This document shows positions 22,991 through 34,700 of a stretch of DNA of 64,000 nt, piece by piece. The stretch spans positions 4,373 through 68,372 of the forward strand of contig JAAOMT010000003.1 in NCBI GenBank assembly GCA_016748015.1. Reading direction: 5' to 3'. The position numbers and the translations under genes are program-made. The DNA comes from Geosiphon pyriformis uo1. Lineage: Eukaryota > Fungi > Glomeromycota. A model generated the notes under the pieces. It was not told the DNA's origin. It made no database searches and was given only the letters and a program-made list of their open reading frames with translations. Positions within the stretch are counted from its first letter, which is position 1; the number at the start of each line of letters is the position of its first letter.

Positions 22991-25900
22991 TCTTCTTTGC
23001 TTTGTTTAATTGCATGATTCTTGACTTATGTATTGTATATTAGTTTCTTTTTTGTCTAAGGTGAAAATGTTTCACAAAAATTGTATTCACACTAATCTGT
23101 ACCACCAATGCTCCTAAGAGCATTTTTGTCTTATGTTTAATAATTAAGCCGAAATTTAAACCTTGTTGATTATGCTTAAAATACATAGTACTATGTTAAA
23201 TTCAAATGTTATTGAGCATTGATATATCTGGTTTTTTTGTATGTCCAATAAAATAGGTAAATCCTATTTCAAAGTCTTTCAGGTAAGAAAATTTGTTTGG
23301 AAGCTCCTGTTTGAAAAGTTCTTGAAAGAAGTTAAGAACTGAATGTCTGACTAAGAATAAAATTTAACAAGATAAATAATATAAATGATAACCAGAATAA
23401 AAATGTTTTATATAAACTTTTTTATTATTATTTTTTTCCAAGCAGATTAATTAATGCCATATACTTAAGAATAACAATCTTACAATCAGCTCCTCCTGAA
23501 TCCCTGTATCAAGAATTCTACTGAATTTATTAACAGTATTTAGTTTTTTTAGTATCTCTAAACCATTTTTTGATAGCACTTCCAATGCAGCTTTGGCCAA
23601 TACAAATTTAGATGATTCTTGCAATTATCATTAATGGCTATTAATATTGCCATATAAGGCTTAACAAGATCAGGTGCCATACTTGAGACTGAAAAGATAT
23701 ATAAAGTAGTAATATAAGTAATTACAGTAAATACCACTTTTTTTTTCATCTTAGCATTTTGGTTCTAATAGTTCATTCTTCCAAGAAGTTTAAATTTGGC
23801 AAGTTGTATAATATTTCTAAATTTGTTCATATCTGACTCCTAAGTTTTAGCTAATTACTACCAAAAATCTCATAATAGTCTGTCAAATTGGACAATATCA
23901 TGATCTAAACTGTTTTTATTGTGTAAAATATTCTCATTACAAAACCCTATTGAGTGTATAGTTATAAATATAGATGATAAAAAAAGACAAAAAAGTTAAC
24001 TTTAGACAATCCATTGTGGCCAAGTAGATAAATAGTTTATGAACTTTATGTTTATGTATTCTTGCCTAAAAAATATTATCATTAATGTTAATTTTTAATT
24101 TTTACTTATAAACTTATCATATTATTTGTAATTTATTAATTAAAGAACACAACTAAGGTTTCAAAAAAGTAAATTAAAAGCTAATTTTTAATACATACTG
24201 AATTATCATTATCAAACTGAAGTGTCAAGTTGGCAACTGAAGAATTTGTATCTGTTAAAAAACTGGTAATATAAGTCTAATACTTGAGTAGGGTCTATTG
24301 AATTGCTTTAAATGTCTGATTTTTTTTATTATCTTCTTGATCTTTCTTTTTAGCTACAAAATAAGTCAAAAACATAAATATTGATTCTGATAAAAACTGC
24401 ATTTGCTCAAAAATTAGAAATAAATTTATACAGAATAAAGCAGAGGCTTCATTGATAAAAAAATTATCTTCTCCTTATTTTTTGGCATATTTTTTTTCTT
24501 ATGATCGAGATTAATAGTGTTCTAAAATTCACTGGCTTGTTTTTAAAAAAATGTCAAAGCATATTTATATTAATATCTGACAAGTAAAACAATTATATTA
24601 TCTGGTTTTTTAGCAACACTTGTTAATATTTCTCTTGTGGTCAATTCTTAAGAAATTCTTTTTTTTTCATATAAAACATTAAGATAATCGATTGAATCTA
24701 GTCTAATGTCTTGATTTTAGCTTTATCTATATTCTCTGCTGTATTTAAGTTTTTTAGCATATTCATATTCTTTATGGTGACTAGAGAGTATTCAGTTGAG
24801 CCATTTTTGTAAAAGCAGACATATACAAAAGAGAATTCAACTGCAAGTTTACAGCCTGCTCTTGTTTTTTTATACCCTAATGATTGAATAATAGTTAAGT
24901 AATTGTAGTAATTCTTGGTGTCTGCAACTTGACTTTGTTTGTATAGTATACTTAAATAGCCACCAGGATCTCGGAATGTGATGGTAAAAGCCTTCTCAAA
25001 TATGCACTTTTAACTTAATAATGTTTGTTGTGCTGGGCCACTATAAGCTAAATATGAGCATAAATAATAGATAATGAAATAGAGACAAGTAATAACATTC
25101 TAACTATTCTCCCTCTGTTGCTCCTATTCTATTTAACTTAAATGCATAAATAATATATTCTTTGTTTCTTCTAGTTTATCTTTGTAATAAATTTATGTAT
25201 ATCTAATAATGTTCTATTCTATACTTTTTTTAACATGCATGTTGTAATATATTTCAACTATTTTTCTTTTGTTGAATTCATGGCTACTTTACAAATCCTT
25301 ATTGCTCCTCTATTAACCTATAATTTTTTTTGTTTCTAAAGTAAATCTTTAAAATGAGTTTATAATCTAGTTCTGCTATGTTTCAATTCTGTCCAACTAA
25401 TAATATTCAACTGTTTCTCTTACAATAGTATTGATAACTTTCAAACTATTCTCTCAACAAACATGTATTTATTGTTTGCTTATCTGGTTATGTCTTAAGG
25501 TACTTTTGGTATAAATTAGGATTATTCTGGTGCATAAACTCAAGTGAGTTTATGTTGTTAAGTTATGAGACAGAAATGAGCATATGTGTATTTATATCTT
25601 GCTGTGTTCTTTTGTATTATAGGGCATATTATATTGTAGAACAATTGCATATATCAAATTAGGTTGTCAGATTGTTGCTTTTATAATTGATATTTAATTA
25701 TGTAGCATAAGAAATACTATTTGTTGTTATTTTAAATAACACATTTACAATAATTGATACATTTAATTTGTCTGATGTTTTTTTTATTACTCTTTACAAA
25801 CAACAACTTATAAAGTACATATTTACTAAAATGATTATATGTAAAGAAATACTCAGACCTAAAGCCATTAATAAGTATTCTTATACTTTGGTTACTTTAG

Positions 25901-26884
25901 TAAAATATTATTAAATATGCTATTATTTGGACTTGATTGTGAGTTTTTAGATTTCTTATCTAGATATTTCTGGAAAGTTTGAGTATTATTGATTTTGAAA
26001 ATATATGGAGCAATCTTTTCTTCTTGTTTTTTTTTTAAAATACTTTTAATAATGCTGTAATTTTTTGGTTCTATAGTGAATTTAATGTAATTTAGTTTTA
26101 TATAAAGATAAATATAATTGAAATTTAAATCAAACAAAACTATCAAAATATTATTTTTTCAATTATACTAGTTATTTTAAATTTATGTAATCAAATATTT
26201 ATTTTGTCTGATTTTGTTATAATTTGTCTCAAATTATATTTAACCAAATTAGCAAATAAACACAATACTTTAATTTAATTTTAATAAGAGCAAACAGAAT
26301 TTATAATTATTTAAAAATTATTTTATTTAAAATTAATAAGATTAAAACAATTTACTTAAAATAATAATAATAAAAAAAGCAATATTGTTTAACATATATT
26401 TAAATTTAATAACAAAATAATTTTGTTAAAAAACAACTATTAACAAAACAATTATATTATATTATTGGTTAATTATATATTAAGATATAAATTAATATAT
26501 AAAAGCTATAACTTATATTAAAAAAAATACTAAAACAATAAAATCATTAAAACTTAATAAAATTAAAATTAACTTGTTATTATTATCAAAAACATTAATT
26601 TATTGTATAAATAGCTAAAAGTCAAAATTATAAAAAAATATCAATGCAAAATTAATAACAGAATTTATATATTAAGTTTTAATTTGTTAATAAAAATGTT
26701 TAAAAATACTAATATTAAACCAATATACATATTTTATAAATAATATATTAATAAAATTAAGCCAAAATTTAAAATATTATTATTATTATATTATATATAA
26801 ATTAATAAATTAATAAAAAAATTTAATTAAATATTTTATAAAGCATTAGTTAAAATTAATAATAAAAATCAATAAAAATAAAAT

Positions 26885-27625
26885 TTATTTGGTTTTATTT
26901 TTTTCTTTTAAAACTTTTAAAATATTTGTGTCTTGTTTTGTCAATACTAAATCTTATACTAAGGCTATTATGTTTATATTTTCTAGTTTCTATTTTTTTG
27001 GTTGGCTTTGCTTTTTTTGCTGTAGTTATAGTTAATAATTTTATGGTATTTTTTTGGTTAATCTTTTAGAAACTAATTTGGCCAAATTTTTTGTATTAGT
27101 TAAGTTTATTATTAAGCTTGTTAATTTTTAGTTATTGTGTTTAAACAATTTATTAATAGTAATTTGGTTTTAAATAAATCACTTGGTCTTAAGATTAATA
27201 AGATTATAGTATATATAAATACTTTAACAAAGCTATTAATAAGCTAAAATGTAAAATAATTGCTTTAAAAATTAAATATAACTATAAAAATATTAACATA
27301 ACTGGTTTTTAAGTAGATTTGTTTACAGTAAATAATAATATATTTTCTAATTTAATATTATTTAAGAACAAAAATCTATTGTTATAAAAATTAATACATT
27401 AAAGATAGTTAAATAGCTGGTTAATATAATTAGTAATAATATTATATTATTTAAGATTATTTAAAAGATGTATTTTTTAAATAAGTTTTTTTAATAGTAT
27501 TAATATAGTATAGCTTAAACTAGTTTAAGTAGCTAATTATATATAAAAAGCATGTAAATTGTATTTAACTTTAATATATTTAGTTTGTGCTTAATATTTA
27601 AAATAATACTACTAAATATATAATA
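26885..27625 (+). mobile_element. ORF1-only non-autonomous retroelement, 5'-truncated copy (E)
   Basis: Colinear with the reverse complement of 30070-30770. The ORF1-like stop (27506-27508) is followed directly by the LINE-type 3' UTR. Confidence 0.72.
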
Positions 27626-28059
27626 ATATAATATTTTAAAAGTGAAATAATTTGCAGTTTTTTCTATAATAATAGAATTATTTAATTTAGTATTATGATT
27701 GAAATTTGTGTTAATAAATTAAATTAAGTGTTTTTTATGATAAATAAGAATTTTTTTTAATATATTTATAGATTTTTGAATGAATTTCTATAAATAGATT
27801 TGTAAAAATTTTAAAATTAATAATAGTTAAAATATTTTTTAATGGCTTTATAAAAATAATTAAAGAATAATTCTAAATTTTTTCGAAAATATTTATATAG
27901 TAACTTTGCAAATTTTAAGTAATTTGTTTCTATAAATTTTAGTTCTGTCATTTTTGTTAATTATTATTTAATTAATGTTTTGTTTTTTGTGAATTATACT
28001 TTATAAAAAGCACTAAATATTACTGATAAATTTTTTAAAATTTATGAGTTTTTATAACT

Positions 28060-28480
28060 TGATGTTTAAATTAATTAATATTTGAATTTATAAGTTTTCT
28101 AAAAGTTTTAATAATAAAATTTTTTATATAATAGACAAAAATTCAATATAACAGTAGTTAATAATTCGTAACTAATTTTTTTGGTATAGTAATTAATTTA
28201 TTCTAATGTTTATACTCTTTTGGTAAACAATTTTAATTCTTATAATTATATATGCTTTTTTTTAATATTTTTTATTAAGTAATCTTTAATATTGTAATCT
28301 TAGTGTTTTTTTCTTAATTAATTTAGTAAAACCAAAAATAAAATAAAGAAATAAAATTAAAAATTAGTATTTTGTCAATAGTTATAATCAAAAGCTATTG
28401 TTTTAGTATTGTTAATAATAATATATTAACGTTTTTAATATTAATATAATTGAATTAAAATTCAATAAAATAAGTATAAT
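28060..28480 (-). repeat. Dispersed AT-decayed repeat, inverted homologue of 36660-37040
   Basis: Reverse complement of 'taatctttaatattgtaatcttag...atagttataatcaaaagctattgttt' matches 36700-36840. Confidence 0.6.
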
Positions 28481-28559
28481 TTTATACTGTAATAAATTTA
28501 AATATAATAAATTGATAAATTTATTTTATTAATTATAGATATTAAATATATAAGTTAAT

Positions 28560-29200
28560 TATTAAAGTAATTTTTTAAAAAAAATTTAAACTAGTTTTAA
28601 ACTAAACTTATTTTTTTTGCTTTTAATACTTTTATTATATATATAGTTTGGTAAAAAAAATTGAAAAAATATTAATCTACTAAAAATGTGTTTGGTTTAA
28701 CTATTTTTAATAAGTTTTGTGATAGTAAAAATAAAAACAAAATATTAAGTAAATAGCTAAGCTCTAAAAAAAATTTTACCTATTAAGAATAATATTAAAA
28801 AATAATTAATGATTTTAATAAAATAATAACTTCAAGCATACTAGTAAGCTTGTCAAAAAACTTATTATTAAGAATACAACTAATTTATTAAAGTAGTTAT
28901 CTAATAATTTTGACTTAAAGCCAATAAAAAATTTTTAAACTATTATTAAAAAGAATATAGAAAAAAAAATGTTTTAAAATTATAGTAAATTAAAAGAATT
29001 TATGAGAAAAAAATAACAAAATATTTTTGAATTTATTTTAATTAGTTAATAGAATTAATAAAATAGTACTGTAAAATAATAATTAAGACAAATAATAAAA
29101 AAATTTTCTATTAATTTTTTTTAATAAAATTATATAATATTTGACTTTTTAATAAAAATTGTTTTATGTAATTTGGTATATTAGTTAAGACATAGTAATT
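28560..29200 (+). mobile_element. Decayed Tc1/mariner transposase relic
   Basis: 28891-28953 reads K*LSNNFDLKPIKNF*TIIKK, i.e. WPSNSPDLNPIENLWxIIK after mostly C->T/G->A decay. Confidence 0.6.
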
Positions 29201-29223
29201 ATTTTTATTTTTTAAATTTTTTT

Positions 29224-29345
29224 TATTAAACTTTACATAAATTTTCATAATATAAAATTCTTAAAATTTCTATATTTTTTTTAAATTATTATTAAACTTT
29301 ACATAAATTTTCATAATATAAGATTCTTAAAATTTCTAAAATTAT
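29224..29345. repeat. Tandem duplication of ~50 bp (period ~65 bp)
   Basis: tattaaactttacataaattttcataatataa[a/g]attcttaaaatttcta occurs twice. Confidence 0.8.
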
Positions 29346-30004
29346 TATTAAAATTTTTGGTATTATTAAAATTTTTAATATTATATACTTAAATAATTTT
29401 TTATATTATTATTGACTATTTATACTGTTTAGTTTTTTTTAGTTTAATTTATAAATAATAATAGCAAAAATAATAAATTGTCTTGGTAAAAAAATTTTTA
29501 AGCAAATTAATTTTGAATTTCAATTCATATTTAATAATTAAATTTTATTTTAAGCAAAAATATTTTAAAACAAAACTGAATTAAGTTTTATAACTAATTA
29601 ATTATAAGCTGCTAAAATAAAATATTAAAATTGTTTATTTAACACAACTTTTTTTAAACAAATCATAAATTAATAAAAAAATTTCAAAAAATTTATGTAT
29701 TATTAATGTTTAATTTCGAAAATTTAATTTAATATTTAATAAAAATAATTATTGTTTTTTATAATATTAAAATTTATTAGTAAAATCCAAATATATTCTA
29801 AAATAATATTATAATAATTAATTTAAATAATATATTTTATAAAAGCATTAACAGTAAAAAATAAATTAAGTTAGTATTAAATTTTACTAAATTTATTTTT
29901 GTTATAAATTTTAAATTCAATATATAATTACATAAATAACTTTAATTTTTTATTTTATATACAAAAAAATTATAAAATTTTTTTTAAAACAAATATAAGA
30001 ATAC

Positions 30005-32300
30005 TTTATTTTAATAGAGTTTAATAAATATGATCTAATCATTATCTAATACAATATGACTACATAGAGTCTTAAATTAGATATAGTTCATGTACTTTTT
30101 ATATGTAATTAATTATTCAAGCCAGTTCAAACTATACTACATTGATATTCTAGAAAAAAACTTATTCAAAAAAGATATTTTCTAAACAATTTCAAATAAT
30201 ATAGTACTATTATTAACTAATTCAACCAACTATTTAGTTATTTTAAAAGTATCAATCTTAACAGCAATTGATTCATGTTTCTAAAATAATATTATATTAG
30301 AAAACATATCATTATCAATAGAAAACAAATCTATATAAGAGCCAAATATATCAATATCTGTATAATTATACTCAGTTTTTAAAACAATTACTTTGTATTT
30401 TAGCTTACCAATAGTTTTACTAAAGAAATCTATATATACTAAAACTTTATTGATCTTAAAACCAAAAGCATTACTTGAAACTAAGTCTTTATTAACAAAT
30501 TGTTCAAACACTTTTACCATAAAATCAACAAATTTAACAATAGAATTAATCAGATTAAAAAGCTTGGCCAACTCCAATTTCAAAGAGATTAACCAAGAAG
30601 AGATCATAGAATTATTAGATATTATATTAGCAAAAAAAATTGAACTAACTAAAAAATTAGAAACCAAAAGAAGCCCAGAAGCAGCAGTTTTGGCATAGAA
30701 CTTGTCACCAACTATATAAAAAATAAATACCTTAAGAGTCTTAAAAGAGAAAAATAAAGACATCTTATAATCCAAAGCCAAATAATTTAAATCTTAATAC
30801 TGAAAACAGTGTTAATTTTTAGAAGTTTTTTATCAGATATAACACTTTCTTAATATATTAGTCATAAGTACTGCAACATTTAAGTCAACCTAAGAACCAA
30901 ATATAATCAAAGCAAACTAGAAACAACAATTAAACTTAGGAAAATAAGAAATAAAACATGTCTAACTACTAACTTAAAAAATCATATTATTAATTTTAAA
31001 AGCTATACAGCCAGAAGAAAGATTGATTAACTTGGTCTTAAACTTATTACAATACAAAATAGTTTTATTTTGATTCACCAAAAGAAAAATTTTAATACTA
31101 TTTCTGCTTACCAAAATTGATCAATAAAACAAAGCAGACACAGTAAAGTCCAACTTTTCAAAATGAACCACTACATATTGTCAAATGCCAATAGACTTTA
31201 GCACATCATGAGTAACTGTTTTAATATTAGTAACAAATATACTTAAAGATATATTATACAGTACAACAGCAGTAAAAAGAGAACCAGACTCAAAAATTAT
31301 CAAAAACTTGGCAATTTTAAGAGTGACAAGGTAAACAGAACTTGTAAACTCAATTAAAAATACTGTATTCAAAGAATTTTAGGAAGCAAACTTCATACAA
31401 AAAAGCTTTATATTGTTTTTTAATACTAACTTTACACCCAAAAAACCATATTCAAACCGAAAAACAGCCTTAATATGAGCCAATTTGATCTTAAAAATAT
31501 CACCAAGTACTTAAGTAGAGACTATTTATTTAGTAAACTTTTGACAATTAGTAATAATTTCTCAAGTACTACCAGTGGCAGTATTAGAAACTAGAGAAAA
31601 TAATTTAATTTTTATTTAATTAGCCAGTTCTCAAAAACAAGTAACTTAATAAAAGATAATTGCTTTGCTTTTAAAATTAATGAAAATCTGTTAGAAAGCA
31701 CCATATTTGATAACATAATTAGTAGTTGATTTTGGCTTATTTTGGATGACATGCCAGATAAAATAGTAGAGATTTTATCAAAAATTTTAGTTGAAACCAC
31801 AAAAAAATTCGGTGTAACAATAGCAAAGGCAAGTAACTGCTTCCATTTTTTTGAATCTTTGGTTTTTTTGACTATTTTGTTTAAAAAATAGTGCTAACAG
31901 CATCAGATATAAAAGCTATAGAAAAAAAAACCAGCTTATTAACTAATCTGTTATTAAAGATCTTTAAGCTTTTAGAAAAAATAAAGACAATACTAAAACT
32001 AACTCAAGTGTGTTTTTTGAGAGAACTTTGACTGGTAAAAAACCAGTCAAAGATAAAAAAATACTTTAATGGCTACTAAAGACAGCTTTTTACTATTAAT
32101 ATCTAAGAGAAATATAATCAAGATATTATGTCTAGCTGCTTCAATAACAGAAAAACTCTCACATATTAAAACTTTATTAGTTACTATAAGAAAAGTAACA
32201 GATACTATTTTTTTACTCTTTGTTTTAATGATAATCATAAAATTAAGAAGACAAAAATTTTTTTTTTGGGTTTTTAATAAATTTAGTTGGTTTTTATTTT
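30005..32300 (-). mobile_element. ORF1-only (HAL1-like) non-autonomous retroelement, longer copy (F)
   Basis: Minus-strand ghost ORF IGI*QYVVVHFE...*SILVSRNSI...TCFI...HCFQY*DLNYLALDY is homologous to LINE ORF1 (IGLWQKALVKFE...K*SVLVSKNSV...TCFI...CAKCKQFGHISDVC). A coiled-coil-like tail and stop (30139-30137) follow, then the LINE 3' UTR, with no APE/RT. Confidence 0.75.
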
Positions 32301-32984
32301 AATCAAAAATATTATAAACTTTATATTTATTAATTAAACCAAAATTTATTATAATCTTATTAATTTTGTTATTATAAAGACTACTAAAAATTTAATTAAT
32401 ATTTTATATTTTTAATATAAAATAAATTAATGTTTTAAATAATATTAACTTATAAAATTATATATTTTATATATGTTTTATAATATTAACTAAATTTTGA
32501 TTCTTTTTAAAAAAAAATTACAATAAATTTAATAGCAAAAATAAAAAATTAAGTAAAAGTATTCTTAAATACAGAAAAATTATTATTATAAAAAATAAAT
32601 TTGTAACAAATAAATAAAATACAATTAAAAAAAACTTTTAATAAGATTTTTTTGTTAATCTTAATTAAAATAAACCAAGTATTAGTAAAAATATTATTTT
32701 AATTATAAGACTTAAAAAAAACTTCTTTCTTTAAAAAAATATATCTTAATTTAAAATTATTTTTTTTAAGAACAATTTAATTTAAAAAACTATTATAATT
32801 TAAATAAAACATATTTTAAAAACCTAAATTTCTAAATATTATTATCTTAAAATAACCAAATTAAAAATATTATTTTAAAATTAATTAACTATTAATTTCA
32901 TTAATTATTAATGTTTTTTAATCTGAATTTAAAACAATTTTTTTTTTATTTTTTTATATTATTAGATAGTTTATAGTTAAAATT

Positions 32985-33300
32985 TTTTTTAAAAGAGTTA
33001 ATTTTTACAGCAAAATAACTACATATTATTAAAAAGCTTATAAATAAAAAATTTTTATAAAAGAGTTAATTTTACTGTAAAATAATTATATTAAAATAAT
33101 TAGCATAAAATTAGTTATTTTAATATAAATTTAATAATATATACAATTTAACATATAAAGAAATATTTTAAAAAATAAATTAGCTTATTAAAAATTTATT
33201 AATTTCTATTAATAACAAAATTAATAATAAAACAGTAAACAAAAAACTTCTAATAATATTATACAAAAAATACTAATAATTTTAGCATCTTTAAAAACAG
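32985..33300 (+). repeat. Dispersed AT-rich repeat homologous to 10290-10529 and 8116-8210
   Basis: 'aaaagagttaatttttacagcaaaataactacatattatt...aataacaaaattaataataaaac' aligns with 'aaaagaattaatttttataataaaataattacatattatt...aatagcaaaattaaca'. Confidence 0.65.
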
Positions 33301-33357
33301 AAAAAATTACAATTACTATTTTTTAAAAATAAAATTTTTGCATAAAACTAAATTTTT

Positions 33358-33755
33358 TTTCTCTTATTAATCCTTTAGTTACAGCAAAAATATAGAGTAA
33401 TTGAAAAAATACAAGTTTTTTTTCTCTTTTTCTCTTTGTTTTTGTAGCTATTTCTTTTAATGCACCCTTATTTGTTGCTATAAATCCAGTAGGCTTTTTT
33501 GTTGGTGGTTCTGGTTCAATTTTGGCTAGATTAGAAATTTAGTTTAGCACTAAGAAAAAAGCATACATTGAGAATGTTTACTTTTATAATCTCTTATATA
33601 AGAAACTAAAATATTTGATGCTTTTAACAGTATAATAAATTCATTAACTGGATCTTTTTCTGTCATCATGTTATAAGATGATGATGATAAATAAAAAAAG
33701 TCTTGGAGCAGTGAAGTAAATAGTGAGGAAGTTAGCATTAATAAAATATTAGATA
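33358..33755 (+). mobile_element. 5' end (UTR + ORF1 start) of another LINE copy, interrupted at ~33756
   Basis: 'ctcttattaatcctttagttacag' matches the reverse complement of 10095-10110. GGSGSILARLEI*FSTKKKAYIENVY aligns with copy B DGSESIFASLEIWSNAKKKKINSVY. Confidence 0.75.
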
Positions 33756-34700
33756 TTGTTACTTATAAAATATAAAAATTATATATTAGTACATAAATTA
33801 GCTAATCAAAATAGATATAATAAAAAGTAGAATTCCAAGATTTCTCTTAAAAAAATTGCAGAATTCCAGAATTACAAAATTCTTATATAAAAAATTGCAG
33901 AATTTCAGAATTTTCAAATTTCTCTTAAAGAATTACAGAATTCCAGAAATTCCAAAATTCCTGGCTAAAGAATTAAAAAATTTAAAGAATCTTGTATAAT
34001 AAAATTTATGTATATATAGCAGTAGTATTAGAAACAGAAAAGACAGAATTCTTAGTTTTAGAACCTTTAATTCCAATTTTAGATTTATTCTTTTATACAA
34101 TAGTATTCTATGACTTAAAGTAGAAACATTAAATATTAATAAAATATTTATTAAATATCATAATTCATTTTTTTACTATTAACAATTCATGTTGATAATT
34201 GCCAATACTTAACTACACTGAATCAATAACTCTTAATTACAGTTATTAATAGAATACTAAATCTTTCTTGTCTTGACTTATCTATTTAATTTTTTTTCTT
34301 TCCTTTTTGTTTTATTTATTAACTAATTAAAAATTAAAGTACTGAATTATTGACATCAAGAATAGGACTGATAAAAGACCCAGAAATAAGGGTAAATACT
34401 CAGAATTAAGGAATAGTTTATTAAAAAACCGCCTATCAAGCTAAAAAAAAAATTTATAGAATAAATATTCTGAAAAGTTATAGACAATAAATACCAACTC
34501 ATAAGTTGGAAAAGAAACTAGAAATATTACAATAGAATCTTAATATTAAATTTCTGTTCATTATATAAAGGACTCAACTAAAATCTTTAGATATAAAACC
34601 TTTAAATGATGAAAACCTTTAGAAATTACCAACTATATCACTTATTAAACACCAAATTATGAATTTGTTATTTGTTTCTAAATTCCAAATAATTACCTAT
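33756..34700 (+). repeat. Decayed LTR-like repeat with internal AGAATTCC sub-repeats; homologue at ~36270-37040
   Basis: Starts TGTTAC; tandem gcagaattccagaa units at 33830-33960. 'aagaatcttgtataataaaatttatgtatatatagcagtagtattagaaacagaaaa' recurs at 36445-36500. LTR identity is an inference. Confidence 0.45.

Noticed and set aside
22400-25800. Coding-like relic (slightly higher GC, CpG-depleted)
   Set aside because: Probably a decayed gene or TE, but I could not recover any diagnostic motif.
33830-33990. CRISPR-like array
   Set aside because: Irregular degenerate sub-repeats without unique spacers, in a eukaryotic context with no cas genes.
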